Assembly (NCBI GenBank): GCA_044892505.1
Contig: CM097882.1
Location: 527,000,001 to 527,064,000, forward strand
DNA from: Schmidtea nova
Taxonomy: Eukaryota
Length of the DNA stretch: 64,000 nucleotides
Direction: 5' to 3'
A model generated the notes under the pieces. That model did not search any database and was not told the DNA's origin. It saw only the letters and a program-made list of their open reading frames with translations. The first letter of the stretch is position 1. Every line of letters begins with the position of its first letter. Shown here one piece after another: positions 1 through 11,900 of the stretch. The position numbers were made by a program, and so were the translations under genes.

Positions 1-123
1 TACACTCACCCGCAGGACAATAGCATACAACCTACATAATATCTTAAACATCGGACCGGTTCAACACTGAACCACCAACTGCAACCTACAGAGTTTCACC
101 CTTGAGTCGAGTAGGTCGACGGT

Positions 124-129
124 TATAAA
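124..129 (+). promoter_or_regulatory. Candidate LTR TATA box (copy at 26352-26357)
   Basis: TATAAA about 60 nt upstream of the LTR ORF-A start. Motif only. Confidence 0.35.
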
Positions 130-184
130 TAATTGCGCGCACCTGACAAATTCACCACAATAACATATTCTTGTCTTCAGCAAT

Positions 185-820
185 ATGATAAAGACCGAAG
201 AATACCAAAGAAGTCTGAGCACCTCTCGACAGATGAAAGTGGAAGATTATGTCATCCGGAAACCACGACGCATCCGTTCCGTCGTCCGGCCAAGGAGGAT
301 CCCTACCATCGATGGAGAAATGGAAGCCCCACGCAGAATTAGCGAAACTGCGCGTCGACATCTACGTCGGTGGACAAGACACCATATGAGTGCAGCCGCA
401 GGTATTCCGGCTTGCGCCTTCACGATACAATTACGATGGGAAGGAGACCCCGATTGGATGTCCACTATGGACCCTGCCGAACCAAGGACCGATAGGTGGT
501 TCTTTCAATTCCTCGACGGACAGAGACGACCCCGCTGGGTGTTGAGCAATGAAATGATGACGGGAAGGGCTCTATATCAATTAGGGTACATGCTGCTAGA
601 CAGGCCTCGGTGTCGCTACACTGAGGAAGTCTTCGCTTATTCCAACGCGCCAGGAAGTGTTTCCGTGGAACAACACCCCGAGCCCAAGGAGCTTCGCCTC
701 TGGGAGGTGTTTATCTACAAAGATAAGCTGAGTTGGGACCCAGCCCCAGAAATGTATTGGGAGAATGGAATTCGTCGCGACGAGCATCCTGCCGATCAGG
801 AATTGAGGACATTCAGTTGA
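185..820 (+). CDS. LTR-encoded ORF-A, 211 aa, unknown function
   Basis: Intact in both LTRs. Diverged homologues at 33216-33500 and 54426-54755 share MLL..E(V/I)F, EPK and D(K/R)(L/I)xWxxxxE. Confidence 0.75.
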   Translation: MIKTEEYQRSLSTSRQMKVEDYVIRKPRRIRSVVRPRRIPTIDGEMEAPRRISETARRHLRRWTRHHMSAAAGIPACAFTIQLRWEGDPDWMSTMDPAEPRTDRWFFQFLDGQRRPRWVLSNEMMTGRALYQLGYMLLDRPRCRYTEEVFAYSNAPGSVSVEQHPEPKELRLWEVFIYKDKLSWDPAPEMYWENGIRRDEHPADQELRTFS

Positions 821-970
821 TTGATGCAGCCGAGAAAGAATGATTGTCGTAGATATAAAAATATATGTATTTGTGTGAGAACGGTCTGGTTTTGTTTTGA
901 GTGCATGAGAACAACCTAAGGATAAGGTAGAGTTGTTTAATGACGATAGGATGACCGAAAGATCAGACAC

Positions 971-1570
971 ATGACAGATACTACCATTAATGATATATTT
1001 ACAGACATGACGGAAACCAAGGGCAGAGATTTCAAGTCAGAGGCGCGAGAACATAAGGCGCGCTCGCGAGTTCTGGAGAATCGGTTAAGGCAGCTGAATG
1101 AGGAGCATCAGCGGATTAAAACGACCTGGTTTAACCCAGAGCGGGTTAAGTCCATCCTGCAGGCTAGGTACAGGGCAGAACGAGTAGCTGAGGAACATGC
1201 CAGAGAGATTGCAGCCCTGAAGTTGGAGTTGGCGAATTATTTGAAGGTGTCGACCCGAGACTTCATCACCGAACAATTGCGCCCCGTGATCAGAGCGAGC
1301 ACCTTTAATCGATGGATAGACACGATAGCGGTGACTACGAGCACCCAAACAGAGAATGCATCGACCGTAGCCACGGCTACTACCGTGACGAATACAATTC
1401 CCGCAGGCACACAACGCACAAAGAGAAGGAATCGCCTCGGCGCGAAGAAGCGGAGGGAAAGACGCGCGTATGCAGATCGTCTCGGAATAGAAGTAGACTT
1501 GCTCAGCGGTCTATCTGAACAAGAACTTCTGAATGTTATCAGACCCTCTGTATTATTAAATCATAAATAA
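971..1570 (+). CDS. LTR-encoded ORF-B, 199 aa, coiled coil plus Arg-rich motif
   Basis: Intact in both LTRs. N-terminal coiled coil and basic tract RTKRRNRLGAKKRRERR. Homologues at 53505-53770 and 35860-35990. Confidence 0.78.
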   Translation: MTDTTINDIFTDMTETKGRDFKSEAREHKARSRVLENRLRQLNEEHQRIKTTWFNPERVKSILQARYRAERVAEEHAREIAALKLELANYLKVSTRDFITEQLRPVIRASTFNRWIDTIAVTTSTQTENASTVATATTVTNTIPAGTQRTKRRNRLGAKKRRERRAYADRLGIEVDLLSGLSEQELLNVIRPSVLLNHK

Positions 1571-1966
1571 ATGTATAAAACGAATGACTTGACTTGTTTT
1601 GTTTGATTGTGGAATGTTTGAGAATCGAATGTAACAAAAACCCGGGTTCATTTAAAGCTGCAGATATCTAAAGAGTAAATTACCCTAGAACAAAGGAAAG
1701 AGCGCATTAGAAGTGGGACCGAAAGAAAGCCACAGACACCTTCTAACGGTAGTGGTGGACCCGTGAATAAACAAGGGAATAGTAGCCGAAAGGTTGCTCA
1801 CCTGCCTTGTCATTTCACAACGTTGACACAGTACCAACATGATGAGTAGTTAGGGATACATCATGGGTGTCAGCGGGGGAATGTTTTTATGTTGGCGAGA
1901 TTCACCCTAACGTATAAAATCATAAGGATCTCAGTTGTCACTCCAACCAACACACCAGCATAAATT

Positions 1967-1985
1967 TGGGGGCTCAGCCGGGATT
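1967..1985 (+). promoter_or_regulatory. Primer binding site complementary to the tRNA-Pro 3' end
   Basis: TGGGGGCTCAGCCGGGATT vs canonical tRNA-Pro PBS TGGGGGCTCGTCCGGGATT (17/19), 3 nt after the LTR end. Confidence 0.88.
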
Positions 1986-2520
1986 AAATCGATCTTTGTG
2001 GGAAAAAAATGAATTCGATATCTGCGGACAGTCTAGAGCGCCTGAACCGGGATGGAATTGAATTTAGCGAGTAAAAGTAAAGTAAATAATAGAGGGTTTG
2101 AGGGTCCTGAAGCAAGAATGAATCGGGTTGAAAAATAATAAATAAAAGTATGAGTGTAAAATAATGAGATTGATGAACGTGATGAAAGTATGCATGAGAA
2201 TGAAAGTATGAATGATAATGGAATGTAAGTATGGGGATGAACGAAGTATGATGAATAGTATGTGGAATAACAGTATGAAAAGTGATGAAAAGTATGCATG
2301 ACGTAAGGTAAAAGTATGCTGAAAAGTGTGCATGAAAATGGTATGAGCGTGAGCAACTAACAATGATCATGTCGGGGCGACATTCAAGAACACGGGGGGA
2401 TACGCAAGTAACGACGTAAAACAGAACAACAGAAAGCGAACAGTAGGGCTACCATAGAATAGGAATGATAAATAAATAAATAAAAATCGATAACAAAATT
2501 AATGAGAATTCATTCAGGGG

Positions 2521-2979
2521 ATGGAGAACAAAATAAAAGAAATGCAAACGTTTTTCGAAACAAACAACGAAACAGTGGAGACAGTAATGAGAAAGTTAAA
2601 ACAACTCGAGGTAGGAGGATATCACGAACCGACAAACAACACAGAAAGAGCCGAAATGATAATGAGCATAAGCGAGAATAGGAACACAGTGGATACAGCA
2701 ACGAGATATAAATGGTACAGAGAAAGATTAAACAACCCTGAAATGAATATCGAGTGCCACAGGCTAGAGCAACAGTTAACAACAAAACACGATGAGTGGA
2801 TAAGAATAACAACAGAACATACGAGACAATATCTGACGTGTTATATCTGTGAAATGAACCAAATACAGATAATGTTGTTGCCATGTGGGCATTTTCGATT
2901 CTGTAATGAATGTAAAATAAATGAACGATGTCCTATGTGCAACCTTCCCGTATCCGAGAAAATAACAGTGTACTTGTAA
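2521..2979 (+). CDS. Element cargo: 152-aa protein with a C-terminal IAP-type RING finger (putative E3 ligase), no BIR
   Basis: CYIC...LLPCGHFRFCNEC...CPMC..PVSEKITVYL-stop matches the IAP/MDM2-type C-terminal RING pattern. Confidence 0.85.
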   Translation: MENKIKEMQTFFETNNETVETVMRKLKQLEVGGYHEPTNNTERAEMIMSISENRNTVDTATRYKWYRERLNNPEMNIECHRLEQQLTTKHDEWIRITTEHTRQYLTCYICEMNQIQIMLLPCGHFRFCNECKINERCPMCNLPVSEKITVYL

Positions 2980-3678
2980 TAGAAATAAAGTTTTGAACAA
3001 GTGCAGTTGTGTTTGAAATTATGAGGGTTTAAAAATGATTTGGTAAAAATGACCTAAGTAATTATGAGCTACTCACGAGTAGTCCGATAAGCACCCATTG
3101 GGGGGAACCAACTGATCAACCTACCCGAAATGTGTAGAAAGGGATCCAATCGCGGATATTGGAAAACTCTTGTGATGTGACTGATCACCACATCGTGCAT
3201 CAGTGGACCAATGCGATCTTTTTATATATTTTGCTTGGGGCGAAAGGTAGGGACAACTCAATGAGGTTTAGGCGCGCGCAGAAAAACTATAAAAATAGGA
3301 TGTTAAAACTGATCAGTAAAGAGAAAGAGAAAGCAATGAAATGAGTAAGATGAACAGCGAAACGGAGTATATGATGAAAGGCACGTAATCAGCTCGCATA
3401 AGGTAAAATCAAGTAGAAAGGTTGACGAATCGATAATAGAATAAAGGGGTATAACAGAGGAACCGAGTAAATGGAAAACTCGAGGTTAAAGGAAATCCTT
3501 GAAAGAAAGGAAATGATAAAAGGGGTCCTGGAGAGAAAGGATTTACCCATAGTTCTTGAAAGATAGAACTTAACGAAACGCGACAATAGATTCTCCGAAG
3601 AAGCATAAGTGACCACTGGGAGGAACATCCCGAAGCAACACATGCAACCACTGAGAGATGATATTTCGAGTTTTCGTT

Positions 3679-4298
3679 CGTGAGCATAGGTCTCATAGTG
3701 AGCATAGGTCTCGTCATAAAACATAACATCCTAGTGAGCATAGGTCTCGTCATAAAACATAACATCCTAGTGAGCGTAGGTCTCGTCATAAAACACAACA
3801 CCGTAGTGAGCATAGTTCTCGTCCGTAAATGTAAATCTTGTAGTGAGCAGAGTTCTCATCAATAAACGTAAGTTCTAACAGCGAACATAGTCCTCATCAG
3901 TGAGCGTAGTTCTCATCAACAAACATAGTCATCGTAGTGAGCGTAGTTCTCATCAGGAAGCATAATTCCTGTAGTCACCATCAGTGAGCATAGTTCTCAT
4001 CGGGGAACATAATCCCCGGAGCAAAGAGTTTCCATCAGTAAGCAAAACCCTCATAACAACCATGTTTTGCCAGTGAGCATAGTTCTCGTCAGTGAGCATA
4101 GTTCTCGTCAGTGAGCATAGTTCTCGTTAGTGAGCATAGTTCTCGTCATTGAGCATAGTTCTCGTCAGTGCGCATAGTTCTCGTTAGTGAGCATAGTTCT
4201 CGTCATTGAGCATAGTTCTCGTCATTGAGCATAGTTCTCGTCATTGAGCATAGTTCTCGTTAGTGAGCATAGTTCTCAGCAGTGAGCATAGTTCTCGT
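3679..4298 (+). repeat. Leader tandem array: 36-bp units (3695-3830), then 12 x 19-bp CAGTGAGCATAGTTCTCGT (4071-4298)
   Basis: Direct reading. All units share the core GTGAGCATAG(G/T)TCTC. Confidence 0.95.
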
Positions 4299-4625
4299 TC
4301 GAAATAAAATATTGAGTAAAAGCCCACGAGAAAGACGACGAAGTGAGGCAGATGAGGACTAAATTACGTATAAAACTATCCGGATAGTGAAGATCAATAA
4401 GCGATAATGGAGATGAATAAATGATATTGAGGATAAATGATGAATAGTGAAAATGAATAGCGAATAATGAGGAATAAGGGTTGAAAGAAACCGAATTAAT
4501 AACGAAAGAGTTAAAGGTGCGCACCTGGGTATTGATAAATGCGAGTAAAGCTGATTATGTGGCCTAATGATGTTAAAGTATGCATACAAGGAGGAGTAGC
4601 AAAGTAAAGTGAATAAGTGGAGGGT

Positions 4626-5088
4626 GCTGACTGGAAAACCCAGCAGACCATGAGATTCGATGAGAATAAAATGAAACCGGTTTGTTAAGACAGGTAAAGT
4701 GGTAAAGACGCTAGCTGGAAAACCCAGCAGGTCAATGATAACGATCAGGAAAGATCGAGAGAATAAAAGGGAGTAACAATAAAGTGGTGAAATTGAGGAC
4801 GCTGACTGGAAGACCCAGCAGGTCAAAAGTGATGATCATCGGAGCAAAGAACAGGTAAAAGTCGACAGTGAAGAGATAAAGGGTGGAGAATAAGAGCGCT
4901 GACTGGAAAAACCCAGCAGGCTAATGAAACGACAATTGAGGTCGAGAATAATGAAGCAGAAGTAAAAGGTGAGATTAAGAGCGCTGACTGGAAAATCCAG
5001 CAGGCTAATGAGATAATGAGTGATGTTGAGAGTAATCAAGTCGAGATAAAAGGTGAGATTAAAGGCGCTGACTGGAAAACCCAGCAGG
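4626..5088 (+). repeat. Six dispersed copies of a hairpin motif GCTGACTGG-AAAAC-CCAGCAG
   Basis: Copies at 4626, 4710, 4801, 4898, 4983 and 5067, spaced ~85-97 nt. Confidence 0.92.
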
Positions 5089-5964
5089 CCAACGAGAGAT
5101 GTCAGTGGAATTAAAGGTGAGTAGAGATGAGAATTGAAATGAAGTAGTAAACGCAGTATGAATAGGAAATAAAGCGAATAGTTGAGAAACAGAGTAATCG
5201 ATAGATAAGGGGAAATTTGAACTCAGAGCCAGAGAAGCCTGAGAAAAGTAAAGGGAATAATAAGAGCGCTGAGCGACAAAGTAATTGGGGAACTGGGGAA
5301 AAGTAATTGGTGTATTTGATAAAGAATAGATAATTGATGCGACTGCATAGATAATTTAAATAGACTTAAAATCAAGGGAAATGGGAAAAATGGGGATCTT
5401 CAGGAATTATGACTACACCCGTGAGAGGGACGAGAAACACGATAACGGGGACGTATCGTGTAAGTGATTATTTGTTTTAAGGAAACAAATCAATCAAGCA
5501 ATTCAAAGCAATCTAGCAGTCAGAGCAATCAAAGGAAACAAAGCAAAGAAGAAGCAAAGCAAAAGCGGAGTAGAAAATCAATTGAGAATATAAGAAGTTG
5601 AGGAATAGACAAAATTGAGGGACGAGAAACAAGATCAGGTATAATACCAATCTTAACGGAAGCAGAAAGAAAAGCAGCGAAAAGGACAAGAACAGGTAAC
5701 AAGCCTAAGCAACAAAAGAACAAACAAGTAGAGATCAGCGATAATTCGAGTAATAAAGAGAATCAAGAAGAAAACCCAGAAGATCTAGAAGTACAAAACG
5801 AAGTAGAGACGATAGACAGTGAACTAGTCAGGGAAAACAGAACAAGAAGCGAATCAAGAGATAACGAAACAGAGAGTAGTGAAGAAGAAGAGTCGAATCC
5901 GGAAACAAGTGGTGAACTAGAAGCAAAGAAAACTAGTACAGTATTCCAAGACAGTGGAATCGGG

Positions 5965-8900
5965 ATGAGTGAACACAGAGAGGATCTGAGAGAAAAATTC
6001 AAGGGCGAACCATTCAATGGAGACGCCAGTAGATTGGACACGTTCCTAAAGGAATTTGGCATATTTGTGGATATATGCGGATGGAGTGCAGAAACGTTAG
6101 CAAATCGAATCCCGCTATACTTGAAAGATAGCGCATTGGATCTGTATATTGAAAAGAGATCGGGAAGTAGTCCACCCAGAACGTGGGAAGCAATCAAGGA
6201 GTTCTTCCAACAGACGTTTGGGATAAATAAAGTGTTGAACGAAGCGTTCGATGAGTTCTCAGCAAGAAAACAAAGGAGAAATGAGTCAAATGCAGTGTAC
6301 GCAAGCGAATTAAGAAAGTTGGCGAAACTGGCGTTCAAAAGAGGAAGCCCGGTAGATGAGGAATTGATGACAGCGTTATTCGTACGAGGTCTCAGGAGAC
6401 CTGACATCAGAGCACAAGTGGGATGCAAAGGATGTAAAACAGTAGATGAAGCGTTGGAAGCAGCCAACCTATTCGAATTGCATATGGCAATGAATGACAT
6501 GAGAATTACGGCGGTAATGGGAAAAACGACAGAAGATGAAGAACAAGGAAAAAGAAACATGAATCAAAGTATTCCCCATTCGCAGAGATTGTTCAAAGAA
6601 CCGCCAGCGAGGAAGAATAACGGATATATTACGGTGAATACGAATGGAGGAAATAGTTACAATGACAGGCAGAATAGGCAATGTCAGACGTGTGGGAAAA
6701 ACGGACATTGGCAACAAGACTGTTTTCAGAATGTAGCCTGTAAACTGTGTGGACAAAAAGGTCACTCAGAAAATCGATGTTATGGGAAAACGTGTTACAC
6801 ATGTGGAAAAACCGGACACATGTCAAGAGACTGTAATCAACAGAGAAGTTGGTCAAACAGTGGAAATAGACCGAATTACGGGAATCGACCAAGCCATGGG
6901 AATCAAGGTCAACAACGGAACAACCCAAACAGCAGTGCAAACGAAGCTAGTATGAAAGAAGCTAAGTTGAGACAGGAAGTATCCAGATTACACGAGATAA
7001 TCGAAAGCATGGCAAAGGGAAGCCAACAAGCTGCTCAACCAAAGATAAACATGATCCAGTTAATAGAAGCTGAGGCCGAAAGAGAAAACAGAGAGAGTCA
7101 ACAGAAACATAATCAAGAATGGGCTAGAGTACGACGAGAAGAAGAACAAGTCAGGCAACAACGATTACAACAGTTAAAAAAGGGAAATCCAAGGATCAAC
7201 ATGATGCGAGCAATGATGGAAGAGAAGCAACAGGATGAGTCAGACGAGTTAGAAGTTAAAGAGAAAAGAAACGAAGAGCAGAAACAAGAAGAAGTGAGAC
7301 AGGAAGTAGAAACTACAGAGCAGAATCAAAAAGTGGAAGAAGTAGAAAAAGAAACAGAAACAGAAAAAGAAACAGAAAAAGAAACGAATCAAGAAGAGGA
7401 AGTGAGAATCAAACAAAGAGGAATGTTGGTGATCATGCCGAATGATCACGTGTGGCGATTCAAATACGATGTAAAAGAAGAAGTGGGAAGATTGTTCAAT
7501 AAAGTAAATGAGATGATGCCGGGAGTGACGAAACTGCCCAGAGAAGCATTCCTACAAACAGAGGATCTACCAGAAGTGAAGTTAAAGATGACTGATATAT
7601 GGGAAGATATGGGAGTAACGGAGACGAAAATAAACGTGATGATCATCAGAGAGGTGGAACCGGAGAAAATCCCACCACCAGTGAAACATCAAACTCGGAT
7701 CAGTCGAATATTTAAAGGAAAAATAAGACGGAGACGGTTGGAAGAAATAGATGAATTAGGGAAAAGGATGGGAAAAGCTGAAATAATGGGAGACGAGAGT
7801 GAAATAACACAGGAAGTTAGCAAAAACGAAGCGAGACCAATCGCGCATATTGGGATGCTGAGACACCCAAGACAAGAGTTGTCAGATGAGGAAGACGACA
7901 GCGAAGTTAGCAGTCTGGCAGGAGACATGCTAAAGGAACCAGAAAACGAGGACAAAAAGATGGAAGTAGTCGAGACAATAGAAACATTGTCAGTAACGGA
8001 AGACGAAATTCAGAAGCTGATGGATAACGCGTTGGAAGTAATCCATAACGAGGAGTTTATCGACGGGAACCGATATAGAAAGTTTATACGAGCAGTATGG
8101 CAGATGAAGTATAAAAAGTGGTTACAAGAAAGAGAAGTGAGAGTAATACAAGAGTTCATAGAGAGGTTATTGAAAGAACCACTCAACGAATACATAATAC
8201 AGATATGGATAAACGAGTGTTCACCGAGAATCTGGATAAGGAACCCAATGACGGATGGAATTTACCGATGGGTTGAAGACAGATTGGGAAGCTCGTACAA
8301 AGACAAATTCATATATTCGGAAAACGGATTGGTGAGAAAAGGAACGCATATGATAGACACAGGCATATGGCCAGGAGAAATAACAACGCTATCTATATGC
8401 AACACCAAAAAGGAAGAGAACTTACAAGGAATCGTCAAAGAAGCGAATACGTGTTACGAGATGAGAATAAAACCTCAGTTGCTAGAGGCAAAAGAAAGAA
8501 TCTTGGCAGAGAACTTAAATACGATGATAGAGCAGATCATCCAGCAAATCAAGAAACATCGAAAGGAATTGACGAAAAACGAGTATGAGAATTTGAAACA
8601 GTGTATCGAGAACATACGAGATACAAGTCAAACGAGACATTCGAATTTCAAAACGGACAAGCTAATTGCAAAGATGGGAAAAGAAATGTTTAAACGAGGA
8701 GAGGTATCAGACCTGAAGATTACCGTGAGATTGCCGAACGAAGAGACAAGACAAATTGAGGTAATACCAGATAGTAAAGTGGGAGAAATAGTAGATGTCA
8801 TCAATGAGACGATATTACAACGAGAACGAGAAGACGAATTCGAGAATGACATTGCGATAAAATACAAAGAACACCTACTAAACGAACGTGACGAAAGACG

Positions 8901-11900
8901 AGCGTATAAAATCGGCATATGGGATAATTATCAGACAATACATGTCATCAGAATGGATGATGTGCAAAGAGCAACACCAAGAGATGAGGAAAGGAAAAAG
9001 AAACGACAAGAGGACGTTATGCGTAAGTTGAGGCAGATAGTAGAAATCTATCGGAACTGGCAGATGAAGCCAGAATGGGAGACAATATTAGGAGAATTGG
9101 ATCTTAACAGACGACGATTGACGCCAGTAGAGAAGCAATGGGATAACAAAGAGAAATGTTGGAAAGTGAAAAGAGGCGTGTATGAAGAAGATCCAGAAGG
9201 AGAAGACAGATATGAACGGAATACGAAACGGATATGTATGGTAACAAGGAGGTTATTACCAACGGACTTAGACGGACCAGAAACTGCAGTAATATGGGCA
9301 GAATTGGAGAAACAGAAAACAAGTGAATTGATCGAGCTGTTGAGAGGAAATACTCGGGGAAAAAGACAAACAATAAAAGGCTTAGCACAATTCATAATCT
9401 CAAATGGGGAAGACATGACGAACTTGAGAAAAGTAGCTAAAGCGATAGCAGAATACAAGAGAGTAAATGAGTGGTGTCCGGAGCAACTAGACGATGTAAT
9501 AAAAAAGTGGAGAAACAAAGAGTTTGCGGAGGAAACGCCACAGAAAATACATTTGAGGATAATGTATCCAAATCAGAGAAAAGAAGAGTTTTGGGTGATG
9601 CTAACGGAAAAAGTGAAAAGTGTTAAAGAGAAACTGATGTACGAACTACCATTCCACCTGCAACATCAAGGACGATCGTTGGATAACAATTTGGAAATCT
9701 GGCTGACACCAGTGCAATTGGATCTAATGAATACGCTAACAGTGGCACAGATAGTGGGTCAACCACTGAAGTTTAAAGAGGAAAAGAAACCGAAAGGAAG
9801 CATGAGTACACCGAGTCCGATGAAGTCAACAATGACCCCAGGAACAAGTTCGGGACAAGCAAGGACAACACCAATAAAAACGAGAGAAAGAACACCGCCA
9901 GAAGCGTATGACGTCGATGAGATACTAACAGACAGTGACGAAGCGATAGAAGAATTAACGAAACTGACTCAAAAACCAACGGCGAATATTTTTGACAGAA
10001 TAATAGAGATGCCAATAACGTCACCAGCAGAAATCGACGATCAAGGAGTGGAACAGGAGGTAGTCATAGAAATGATAAACGATTCGGAGGACGAACAAGA
10101 ACAACCACAGTTTACCCAAGAAATGGAAAGATGGTTAGAACAACGAGCGAACGAAGGAAGAGATGTTACAGAAGAAACCGGAAGAGCAACGAGATTTGTA
10201 GAAACCGGAACTGGAATGGAAAAACGACCAAGAGGGAGACCAAAGATAGATCCAGCAACAACAATTCCAAAGACAAGAGAAGAAAGGAGACAAGAGCAAT
10301 GGGAGATTTGCTTGAAGAAACTGGATAAAATCGCAGAAATCAGAGGAAAAGAGGAGAATCAAGTCTGCCAAGAAGAATGGCTCACCAAAACGATAATGGA
10401 TGTGTTAGCGATAATTGACCCAGAATTAAAGAATTTGTGGCGGATAAACGAACCCAGTACAAAGGCAAAAATGCTACATAATGCAATAGCACCGATTATG
10501 CCAGAATTGATAAAGGCAAAAACAAAATCGAATCATCTAGATTGGCAAGGAACCACGATGTTGATAAAAAGGCTACTGAACGGAGCAGAAACGGACAGCA
10601 AATATCTAGTAGCAATCTCGTATACGATATACAATTTACTAACGCTAAGCCGAGGAAGTCCGAAGTCAAGTCCGATGGGAAGACATATCAAGAATACGGC
10701 GATGATTATCGAGAAAGAAATTGAACCATATATCCTCAGAAAAGGAGGATGGGAAAAGTTCATAAAAGAGAATCAGACAAAAGAAGGTTCTAACGTGATG
10801 AGAAAGAAACTCGAAGGAGTATTGAGAGAAATGGAGAATAGACAAACGATGCAAGGAAACGGAAGATCGACGTTGAATCTAAACTCGATAATCATGATGA
10901 TGCTAGTATGTTTGTTAAGCACAGAAGGTGTAACAACGTTCGAAGTATTTGATTGCGATCAAATGAAATTGGGAGAAAAGTACTCATTGAGAGGTACGGA
11001 GCAATGCAAAGACGCAACTCCAGTAGAATTGAAAGAGATTAAAAAAGAACAATGGTATCACGTGTATCAAGAGGCAGAACTAATAAAGACAATGGTGAAT
11101 GAATGCAAGGTACAGAAGACGAGATTCGCATTCTATTGTGGGAGAGGACATTATTCAGCAATTGTCATGCCAGGAACAGAAAGAGAACCAATCATATTAC
11201 AAGGGGAAGACTGCGAAGCATTATTTAAACATGGAGAAGTAACAACGAGAGATAAAATCAAGATAAAAGGAAAACCAGGAATGATGTTGCAGCAGACGTA
11301 TTATGTAGCAGGACGGATTACGGGAGGAGAAGGATATTGTCAAGGAGAAACCTACCCAATATTTGGAGCACCTGCAACCAACTTAGTGGTAATGGATACG
11401 TACATAGTCGAACTAAAAAGCTACGAAGCATTCTTCGAACCAACAACGGGAGAAATGAAAACGTTATCCATGTGTAAAATTGACAGAAGCATGTGTCAAA
11501 CGGGAATGTCAACATTGGTGTACAAACCAAAAGTGAACGAATGTCAATTACAACTGCTACAAGGAGCAAAGTTCGACGAAATTCAAGGAAAAACGTTCCA
11601 AGAAGAGGACGATGATGACAAGGCTAGAGCAAAACATCTCAAAGAAGCTTTAGAGAACAAAAGACAACTGAAATCAGAGCAGAGAGAAAAACGGATAGAG
11701 ATGAGAACCACACCAACAGTGTTGATAACCACCAATCAGGATGTGGGAATGAGATTCATAAAAGGGAAAGCAACCCTTAAGTGCAGTACAACAGTATACG
11801 AAACAAACTATCCAGGAATATACGTGTCGAAACAAGAAGTGCCGAATGCGAAACCAAAAATTGACACAATGGATATCAAGCTACACTTGTATGTGAATAA

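Larger units (their letters stand above)
1..1963 (+). repeat. 5' LTR (partial; ~1.3 kb missing upstream of the window)
   Basis: Matches 26229-28191 except two substitutions I could see (759 G vs 26987 T; 1658 C vs 27886 A). Identity ends at ...CCAGCATAA, just before the PBS. Confidence 0.96.

Noticed and set aside
133-361. Short overlapping ORFs (133-342 +, 152-361 -) in the LTR
   Set aside because: Alternative-frame overlaps of ORF-A with no independent support.
3159-3344. 61-aa ORF in the element leader
   Set aside because: Non-ATG start, short, no motif, and no AG-ATG punctuation like the other cargo ORFs.
4071-4298. Regular short repeats superficially like a CRISPR array
   Set aside because: Head-to-tail 19-bp units with no unique spacers, in a eukaryotic retroelement, with no cas genes.
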